From the NCBI GenBank assembly GCA_951406725.2, contig OX597843.1:10540001-10604000 (forward strand): 64,000 nucleotides of DNA, read 5' to 3'. The notes beneath the pieces were generated by a model, which saw only the letters and a list, made by a program, of their open reading frames with translations, searched no databases and was not told the origin of the DNA. A program made the translations under genes and the position numbers. The stretch comes from Octopus vulgaris. Lineage: Eukaryota. Position 1 is the first letter of the stretch. The number at the start of each line of letters is the position of its first letter. Below, piece by piece: positions 54,186 through 64,000 of the stretch.

Positions 54186-54299
54186 CTGAACACTTTGATT
54201 AGATGTTGCTGCAAAAGGAAGACGTTTCTACTGGAGCTGAGCAAAAGTGTTAATCCAGTGATGTTATTGGCCCTTAGGGGTAAAGAGGCTGCCATGGAG
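54186..54299 (+). CDS. CMIP: CMIP-like exon: LNTLIRCCCKRKTFLLELSKSVNPVMLLALRGKEAAME
   Basis: CACAG acceptor, GTGAGA donor, 114 nt; matches CMIP KKFLLSL...MLLALRG. Confidence 0.9.
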
Positions 54300-54304
54300 G
54301 TGAG

Positions 54305-54795
54305 ATATTGCTTGAGGGGGATGAGAAAAGAGAGGAGAGAGAGAGAGAGAGACGGAGAGAGAGTAGGAGAGAGATGGTGAGAGTGGGGAGGAAGAGAGAG
54401 AAACAGAGAGGTAGGGAGAGAGAGAGGGGTGCAGAGAAAGAGAGAACTACAGGAAGTGGAAGGAGAGGGGGAGAGAGAAATGGAAGAGAGAGAGAGAGAG
54501 TAGAGAGAAAGTGAGATGGAGAGTGAGAAGAAGGTAGAGAAAGAGAGACAGAGAGAGATGAAAATGTGAGAGGGTGAGAGAGAAAGAGAGAAGGGGAGAG
54601 AGAGAGAGAGAGATGGCAGAGAAAGGGGGAGGGAGAGAGAGATAGTGAGAAAGAGATGCAGAGAAAGAGGGTGGGAGGGAAAGAGGGAGAGGGATAGAAA
54701 AAGAAGAATGGCAGAAAGAGAGACGGGAAAGAAAGAGAAGGAAGTGAAAGACAGAGAGAGAGCAGAGAAATAGAAAGTGAGAGGGAGAGAGTGAG
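54305..54795. repeat. (GA)n purine-rich low-complexity tract just downstream of a CMIP donor
   Basis: Direct inspection. Confidence 0.9.
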
Positions 54796-55341
54796 TAATG
54801 GAGGTCGTTTTTCAGTGAAGGAGCAATTTTTTGTGTTATTCACATTTTCAGAGTTTTTATTTATTTACTTCTTAGCCCCCAAATTTTAGGCCCTGTGCCT
54901 TTAGTAGAAAGGATAATTATTATTATTATTATTTTCATTAGCATCTTCTTTCAATTCTGTTTCCATTTCTTGCTGAGTGTCTTCCTGACACCTAGGGCAG
55001 AGAAACGTACTGTATACATTAATAAAAAATAAATAAATGCGCCCTTTTAAAGCCTAGCCAGGCTCACGGGCCCGGGTTCCCAGTTTCAATGGCGTATGTG
55101 TTCCCCAGTTGGACAGGACGCCAGTCCATCTCAGCGTTACTCATTATTGCCAGCTGAGTGGACTGGAGCAATGTGAAATGAAGTGTTTTGCTCAAGAACA
55201 CAACACGTCAACTGGTCCAGGAATCGAAACCACAATCTTACGATCATGGTGCTGACACCCTAACCACTAAGCCACGTACCTCCACACAGTATACATTGGT
55301 AGGCCATTAAAATAAACACACCAGATTGTTCATTTATAAAG

Positions 55342-55388
<47 letters not shown>

Positions 55389-55609
55389 TTCATTAGCATC
55401 TTCTTTCAATTGTCTCCATTTCTCGCCGAGTGTCTTCCTGACACCTAGGGCAGAGAAACGTACTGTATACATTGGTAGACCATTAAAATAAACACACCAG
55501 ATTGTTCATTTACAAAGTTATTATTACTATTATCATTGTTGTTGTTGTTATCGTCATCATATTACACCTTCCCTCATCTTTACTTATGTGGCCCTTTCCT
55601 CACCAACAG

Positions 55610-55750
55610 GCCCTCTGTGGGATGCTCGAGATGGACATTATTGAAAGCAATGACCTGAAGATGCAGATGATCACCACACTGCAAACAACAGCCACAGGGA
55701 AAAAGATGTACACAGCATTGTGTGAACGACAAATCGCTCTGAGGGAGTTG
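55610..55750 (+). CDS. CMIP: CMIP-like exon: ALCGMLEMDIIESNDLKMQMITTLQTTATGKKMYTALCERQIALREL
   Basis: AACAG acceptor, GTCAGT donor; matches CMIP LCLMLEYNII..ND...GKRMYEQLCDRQRELKEL. Confidence 0.93.
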
Positions 55751-55794
55751 GTCAGTGGAATACCTTTCTACATTCACACTTTGACTTATTCTCT

Positions 55795-58330
55795 TTCTTT
55801 ACTCCATGCTCTTTTTCTGTTTTTTTCCTACCCTCGGTCCTATCTTTTTTTCGTTTTTTTTCTTGATTCTCTTCTTTTGACCCCTGTCTCATTCCGTCAT
55901 GCGGTTTTTTTTCCCTGTTTTTCATTCTTCTCTCTTTAACTCCTACTTTATCTTGTCTTGCCTTTTTCTGTTTTTTTCTTACATCTCACACTTTGACTCC
56001 TGTTTTATTCTGCCTATTTTTCTGTTTTTTCTTCTCTCTTTAACTCCTACTTAATCTTGTATTGCCTTTTTCTGTTTTTTTCCTACCCATGGTCCTATCT
56101 TTTTTGGTTTTTTCCTCATTCTCTCCTTTTGACTCCTGTCTCATTCTGTTATACAGTTTTTCCCTGTTTTTCATTCTTCTCTCTTTAACTCCTACTTTAT
56201 CTTGTCTTGCCTTTTTCTGTTTTTTTTACGTCTCACACTTTGACCCCTGTTTTATTCTGCCTACTGTATTTTTCTGTTTTTTCTTCTCTCTTTAACTCCT
56301 ACTTTATCTTGTCTTGCCTTTTTCTGTTTTTTTTACGTCTCACACTTTGACCCCTGTTTTATTCTGCCTACTGTATTTTTCTGTTTTTTCTTCTCTCTTT
56401 AACTCCTACTTTATCTTGTCTTGCCTTTTTCTGTTTTTTTTACGTCTCACACTTTGACCCCTGTTTTATTCTGCCTACTGTATTTTTCTGTTTTTTCTTC
56501 TCTCTTTAACTCCTACTTTATCTTGTGTTGCCTTTTTCTGTTTTTTTTACGTCTCACACTTTGACCCCTGTTTTATTCTGCCTACTGTATTTTTCTGTTT
56601 TTTCTTCTCTCTTTAACTCCTACTTTATCTTGTCTTTTTCTGTTTTTCCTGCCCTAGGTCCTATCTTTTTTGTTTATTCCTGATTCTCTCCTTTCGACTC
56701 CTGTCTCATTCTGTCATGCAGTTTTTCTTCTGTTTTCCATTCTTCTCTCTTTTTGACTCTTGTATTGCCTTTTTCTGTTTTTTTTTCATCTCACATTTTG
56801 ACCCCTGTTTTATTCTGCCTACTGTATTTTTCTGTTTTTTCTTCTCTCTTTAACTCCTACTTTATCTTGTCTTGCCTTTTTCTGTTTTTTCCTGCCCTAG
56901 GTCCTATCTTTTTCAGTTTTTTCCTGATTCTCTCCTTTCGACTCCTGTCTCATTCTGTCATGCAATTTTTCTTCTGTTTTTCATTCTTCTCTCTTTTTGA
57001 CTCTTGTATTGCCTTTTTCTATTTTTTTTTCATCTCACACTTAGACCCCTGTTTTATTCTGCCTAGTGTATTTTTCTGTTTTTTCTTCTCTCTTTAACTC
57101 ATACTTAATCTTATCTTGCTTTTTTCTGTTTTTTTCCTACCCTTGGTCCTATCTTTTTCAGTTTTTTCCTGATTCTCTTCTTTTGAATTCTGTCTCATTC
57201 TGTCATGCGTTTTTTCTGTTTTTCATTCTTCGCTCTTTTTGACTCTTTCCTTATCTTGTCTTGCCTTTTTCTGTTTTTTTCATCTCACACTTTGACCCCT
57301 GTTTTATTCTGCCTACTGTATTTTTCTTCTCTCTTTAACTCCTTTATCTTGTCTTGCCTTTTTCTGTTTTTTTCATCTCACACTTTGACCCCTGTTTTAT
57401 TCTGCCTACTGTATTTTTCTTCTCTCTTTAACTCCTTTATCTTGTCTTGCCTTGTTCTGTTTTTTTCATCTCACACTTTGACCCCTGTTTTATTCTGCCT
57501 ACTGTATTTTTCTTCTCTCTTTAACTCCTTTATCTTGTCTTGCCTTTTTCTGTTTTTTTCATCTCACACTTTGACCCCTGTTTTATTCTGCCTACTGTAT
57601 TTTTCTCTCTTTAACTCCTTTATCTTGTCTTGCCTTTTTCTGTTTTTTTCATCTCACACTTTGACCCCTGTTTTATTCTGCCTACTGTATTTTTCTTCTC
57701 TCTTTAACTCCTTTATCTTGTCTTGCCTTTTTCTGTTTTTTTCATCTCACACTTTGACCCCTGTTTTATTCTGCCTACTGTATTTTTCTTCTCTCTTTAA
57801 CTCCTTTATCTTGTCTTGCCTTTTTCTGTTTTTTTCATCTCACACTTTGACCCCTGTTTTATTCTGCCTACTGTATTTTCCTTCTCTCTTTAACTCCTTT
57901 ATCTTGTCTTGCCTTTTTCTGTTTTTTTCATCTCACACTTTGACCCCTGTTTTATTCTGCCTACTGTATTTTTCTTCTCTTTAATTCCTTTATCTTGTCT
58001 TGCCTTTTTCTGTTTTTTTCATCTCACACTTTGACCCCTGTTTTATTCTGCCTACTGTATTTTTCTTCTCTCTTTAACTCCTTTATCTTGTCTTGCCTTT
58101 TTCTGTTTTTTTCATCTCACACTTTGACCCCTGTTTTATTCTGCCTACTGTATTTTTCTTCTCTCTTTAACTCCTTTATCTTGTCTTGCCTTTTTCTGTT
58201 TTTTCCCACCCTCGTTCCTATCTTTTTTGGTTTTTTCTTGACTCTCTCCTTTTGACTCCTGTCTTATTCTGTCATGCGGTTTTTTTTCTGTTTTTCATTC
58301 TTTTACTTTTGGACTCCTATCTTACCTTGT
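55795..58330. repeat. Pyrimidine-rich minisatellite (107-bp and 93-bp unit variants) decaying to ~58900
   Basis: TCTCACACTTTGACCCCTGTTTTATTCTGCCTACTGTA recurs every 107 bp (e.g. 56249, 56356), then every 93 bp (e.g. 57301, 57394). Confidence 0.92.
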
Positions 58331-60112
58331 CTTGCTTTTCCTGTTTTTCTTCTCTCTTTTTGACTCCTGTCTTATTCTGTCTCGTGCCTTTTACTGCTTT
58401 TTCTTCTCACACTTCGACTCTTTCCTTATTCTGTCTTGTGTCTTTTTCTGTTTTTTCCTTCTCTTATTGACTCCTACCTTATTTTATATTGCCTTTTTTC
58501 TATTTTTCTTCAATCTCTTTTTGACTTCCGCCTTATTCTGTTTCATCTTCTGTCTTCTCTTCTCTCTTTTCAGCTCCTACCTTATTCTCTCTTGTATCTT
58601 TTTCTGTTTTTTTGGGGGGTGGGGAGGTTCTTTTGCCTTGTCTCTTTTTGACTCCTGTCTCATTCTGTCATATCTTTTTCTGTTTTTGCTTCTTTCTTTT
58701 GACCCCTGCTTCATTCCGCCTTATATCTGTTTTTGTTTTTACCTCTTTGACTTCTGATCCTTTCTCTCTTGTATTTTTCTGTTTTTCTTCTGTCACTTTC
58801 TGTTATTTTTTCTTGTTCACTCCCCTTCATGTCTTTTTAGTTCTGCCTTCCAATCTTTTGTGCTTACCCCCTTTATCTATCATCTGTTGTATCCAGTTCC
58901 CAATTCTGTTCCTTCTCCTCCTGTCTTCAATCTTCTGCTATGTCCCTTTATTTCTATCTTTTGTGATCCTGTATTGATCGTCTCCTATCTTCTGCCATTT
59001 ATGTTATTTTATTCCTTCTGATTTCTGTTTTCCATGCTGTTTTTCCCCTGCCTTTAAAAAAAAGAATTTCTGTTTTTTCATCCTCATTTAATATTATTTT
59101 CTGTTTTGCTATTCTGGGGGTGATGTATTAGTGTTAGTAATAAAAAAAGGGTAAAGGCCCCTTTCAGTCATGAATGACCATGGGATTGCCCCTAGAAAGT
59201 TCCCCTCTGAGGTACAAGTCTGGGCAAGGTTGTTTTATGGAAGACCTGTAGTCACTCATGCAGGCCAGCCTCCCCTCTCTATGCCACCGATGTTATCCAA
59301 GGGAAAGGCAAAGGGGCCGATACAGATTATCACCAGTGAGGCAGCAAATCCTTTCTACAGCTGAGTGAACTCTCTTTACTCTTTTACTTGTTTCAGTCAT
59401 TTGACTGCGGCCATGCTGGAGCACCGCCTTTAGTCGAACAAATCGACCCCGGGACATATTCTTTTGTAAACCCAGTACTTATTCTATCGGTCTCTTTTGC
59501 CGAACCGCTAAGTAATGGGGACGTAAACACACCAGCATCGGTTGTCAAGCAATGCTAGGGGGACAAACAGACACACAAACACACACATGCATATATATAT
59601 ATATACATATATACGACGGGCTTCTTTCAGTTTCCGTCTACCAAATCCACTCACAAGGCTTTGGTCGGCCCGAGGCTATAGTAGAAGACACTTGCCCAAG
59701 GTGCCATGCAGTGGGACTGAACCCGGAACCATGTGGTTGGTAAGCAAGCTACTTACCACACATCCACTCCTGCACTGGAGCAATGTGAAATAAAGTGACT
59801 TGCTCAAGAACGCAACACCGAGCCTGGTCCAAGAATCGAGCTCACTGCCTCTTGATTGTAAGCTTGATGCTTTAACCACTGAGCCATGTGGTAGTAGTAG
59901 TATTATAGTAATAGTGGTGATGGTGGGGGCAAGATTCGAAGGTAATGGTAGTAGTAGTGTTGGTGGTATTCGTTGTGGACCATTGTTTGTGGTGGTATAA
60001 TGCTGGTAAGGGTAGAAGTAGTAGTAGTTGGGGTGGTGGTCATCATGATGGTGGTACTTGAGGCACAGTAACAATAGCAGTGGTGCTGGTGATAGTGATG
60101 ATCATAGTGCAA

Positions 60113-60113
60113 T

Positions 60114-60144
<31 letters not shown>

Positions 60145-60160
60145 CAGCAGCAGCAACAGC

Positions 60161-60234
<74 letters not shown>

Positions 60235-60300
60235 CAGCAGCAGCAGTAGCAGCAGCAGCAGTAGTAGTAGTAGCAGTAGTAGTAGTAGTAGTAGTAGTAG
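60113..60300. repeat. (TAG)n/(CAG)n trinucleotide tract
   Basis: Direct inspection. Confidence 0.95.
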
Positions 60301-60489
60301 TGATGTTGCTTGCTCAGTGGTGGTAGGCGTGTAATAGTGATGGTTGAAGGTTGATTGGTGGTGGTAGTGGTGGTAGTAGGTGTATGGTAGTGGTGCTAGT
60401 TCTTTAGCAACGTTGTTGTTGGTGGTAGGTGCTATTTCTGTGGTGGTGGGCATGTAAAAGTAACATAGTATATAGAGTGATGACCGGGG

Positions 60490-61640
60490 GGTTGACTGGT
60501 GGTGGTGACAGGTCAGTGACCTCTAGGTCAGTGTATGGAGTGGTGGGCAAGGTTTGACCGGTGGTGGTAGTGGTGGCAGGTCAGTGACCTCTAGGTCAGT
60601 GTATGGAGTGGTGGGCAAGGTTTGACCAGTGGTGGTAGTGGTGGCAGGTCAGTGACCTCTAGGTCAGTGTATGGAGTGGTGGGCAAGGTTTGACCGGTGG
60701 TGGTAGAGGTGGCAGGTCAGTGACTGCTAGGTCAGTGTATGGAGTGGTGGGCAAGGTTTGACCGGTGGTGGTAGTGGTGGCAGGTCAGTGACTGCTAGGT
60801 CAGTGCTAGTCGCAATGCTATTTCAGTGGTGGTGTGCTTGTAAAAGTAACGCAGTGTATGGAGTGGTGGGCAAGGTTTGACCGGTGGTGGTAGAGGTGGC
60901 AGGTCAGTGACTGCTAGGTCAGTGTATGGAGTGGTGGGCAAGGTTTGACAGGTGGTGGTAGTGGTGGCAGGTCAGTGACTGCTAGGTCAGTGCTAGTCGC
61001 AATGCTATTTCAGTGGTGGTGTGCTTGTAAAAGTAACGCAGTGTATGGAGTGGTGGGCAAGGTTTGACCGGTGGTGGTAGAGGTGGCAGGTCAGTGACTG
61101 CTAGGTCAGTGTATGGAGTGGTGGGCAAGGTTTGACCGGTGGTGGTAGAGGTGGCAGGTCAGTGACTGCTAGGTCAGTGCTAGTCGCAATGCTATTTCAG
61201 TGGTGGTGTGCTTGTAAAAGTAACGCAGTGTATGGAGTGGTGGGCAAGGTTTGACCGGTGGTGGTAGAGGTGGCAGGTCAGTGACTGCTAGGTCAGTGTA
61301 TGGAGTGGTGGGCAAGGTTTGACCGGTGGTGGTAGTGGTGGCAGGTCAGTGACTGCTAGGTCAGTGCTAGTCGCAATGCTATTTCAGTGGTGGTGTGCTT
61401 GTAAAAGTAACGCAGTGTATGGAGTGGTGGGCAAGGTTTGACCGGTGGTGGTAGAGGTGGCAGGTCAGTGACTGCTAGGTCAGTGTATGGAGTGGTGGGC
61501 AAGGTTTGACCGGTGGTGGTAGTGGTGGCAGGTCAGTGACTGCTAGGTCAGTGCTAGTCGCAATGCTATTTCAGTGGTGGTGTGCTTGTAAAAGTAACGC
61601 AGTGTATGGAGTGGTGGGCAAGGTTTGACCGGTGGTGGTG
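60490..61640. repeat. G-rich minisatellite: 68-bp unit organised in a 187-bp higher-order repeat
   Basis: GTGTATGGAGTGGTGGGCAAGGTTTGACCGGTGGTGG unit; GCTAGTCGCAATGC spacer recurs every 187 bp. Confidence 0.92.
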
Positions 61641-61646
61641 TTGTAG

Positions 61647-62087
<441 letters not shown>

Positions 62088-62664
62088 TGAGTGTAGTTGG
62101 TGCTTTTTACGTGCCAGACGGGGCTGACAAACGGCAACGGTCGGATGGTGCTTTTTATGTGCCACCAGCACGGGGGCCAGTCGAGGCTGGCAAATGGCCA
62201 CAGTCGGATGGTGCTCTTTAGGTGCCACTGGCACAGGTGCCAGACGGGGCTGGCAAACGGCCACGGTCAGACGGTGCTTTTTACATGCCACCGGCACGGG
62301 GCCCAGTGAAGGCTGGCAAACGGCCATGATCGGACGGTGCTTTTTACGTGCCACCGGCACGGAGGCCCGTCGGGGCGGCACTGGCAATGACCACATTCGG
62401 ATGGCTCACTTACGTGCAACCGGCACTGGTATCACAGCTGCAACTACCATTGATGTTGATCGATTTCGATTTTGATATCCACTTGCCTCAACAGGTCTTC
62501 ACAAGTAGAGTTTTGTGTCCTTTGAACTGTGGCCATACTGGGGCACCACCTTGAAGCATTACATTGAATGATATATATAAATATACATATCTTTCATCCT
62601 TTACTTGTTTAACTTGGACTGTGGCCATGCTGTGGCACTACTTTGAAGGATTCTGTTGAATATC

Positions 62665-63070
62665 AACATCATCATGATGACATCCACAAACACCATCCTC
62701 CTCCTCCTCCTCATCATCATCATCATTGTTATTATTTACACCATCACCATCATCCTCATTGTAATCGCCATCATTATCACCACTACCATCATCATCATCA
62801 ACATCATTGTCATCACAATCATCACACCTCACCACTACCATTGTCATTCATCATCATCATCTTTGTTGTCACCACCATCACTTCTCCCCACCAACACCAC
62901 CACCACCACCACCATCATCATCATCATCGTCATCACAACCATCACACCTCACCATCAGCATTATCAGTCATCATCATCATCATTGTTGTCACCACCATCA
63001 CTTCTCCCCACCACCATCATCATCATCATTGTCTTCACCATCCTTGTACCTCACCACCACCACCTCCATA
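62665..63070. repeat. (CAT)n/(CAC)n low-complexity tract
   Basis: Direct inspection. Confidence 0.9.
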
Positions 63071-63118
63071 ATCTTCAACCTTAATTCTAACCATTGCTTC
63101 TTTTTTTTTTTCTTTTAA

Positions 63119-63319
<201 letters not shown>

Positions 63320-63498
63320 TGACTGTGGCCATGCTGGAGCACCGCCTTTAATCGAGCAACTCGACCCCGGGACTTATTCTTTTGTAAGCCCAGTACTTAT
63401 TCTATCGGTCTCTTTTGCCGAACCGCTAAGTGACGGTGACATAAACACACCAGCATCGGTTGTCAAGCAATGCTAGGGGGACAAACACAGACACACAA

Positions 63499-63531
<33 letters not shown>

Positions 63532-64000
63532 CATATATACGACAGGCTTCTTTCAGTTTCCATCTACCAAATCCACTCACAAGGCTTTGGTCGACCCGAG
63601 GCTATAGTAGAAGACACTTGCCCAAGGTGCCACGCAGTGGGACTGAACCCGGAACCACACAGCCACTCCTGCTTTATTTTTTAATATTCTGAATGAAATA
63701 CTTATCGACATTTCGTCTGCTTTTATGTTCTGAGTTCAAATTCCACTGAGGTTGACTTCACCTTTCATTCATTCGGGGTCAATAAAATAAATACCAGTTA
63801 AACACTGAGGTTGATGTAATTGACTAGCCTCCTCCCCACAAATTTCAGGCCTTGTGCCTACAGTAGAAACGATTATTATTATGATTATTATTATTATTAT
63901 TATTATTATTATTGAGTGAGAGAGCAGTGAATGCCATCAAAGTGACACTGGGGTAAAATATATGAAGCCCAATATACCCATCATGACTACCCGTCTGATA

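Noticed and set aside
57205-58255. Hydrophobic 31-aa repeat 'membrane protein'
   Set aside because: Translation of a 93-bp T-rich intronic minisatellite; frame broken by indels

Overview
Eukaryotic (metazoan) genomic DNA, very probably octopus/coleoid cephalopod judging from the SINE families and the microsatellite load. The window holds 14 small + strand coding exons of a C-Maf-inducing protein (CMIP) orthologue (2595-63233; start and stop lie outside the window), separated by introns full of SINEs, LINE fragments, DNA-transposon relics, Helitron-like elements and simple repeats. Almost all ORF-track entries are spurious repeat translations. The most notable structures are: (1) a TA-flanked, retrozyme/Penelope-pLTR-like tandem repeat of 428-429 bp (29712-30902), in which the two complete units each carry a type I hammerhead ribozyme with a palindromic stem III on the minus strand, ending in an inverted junction; (2) further intact or degenerate hammerheads (9614-9713, 17818-17920, 20238-20314), one next to a Penelope-like RT fragment, plus TA-flanked long palindromes; (3) a ~13.7-kb intronic satellite of about 77-78 head-to-tail copies of a 177-bp tRNA-derived SINE 5' module, with two variant sub-arrays and a 6-mer higher-order duplication. 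All folds, alignments and coordinates were derived by eye and need computational confirmation.
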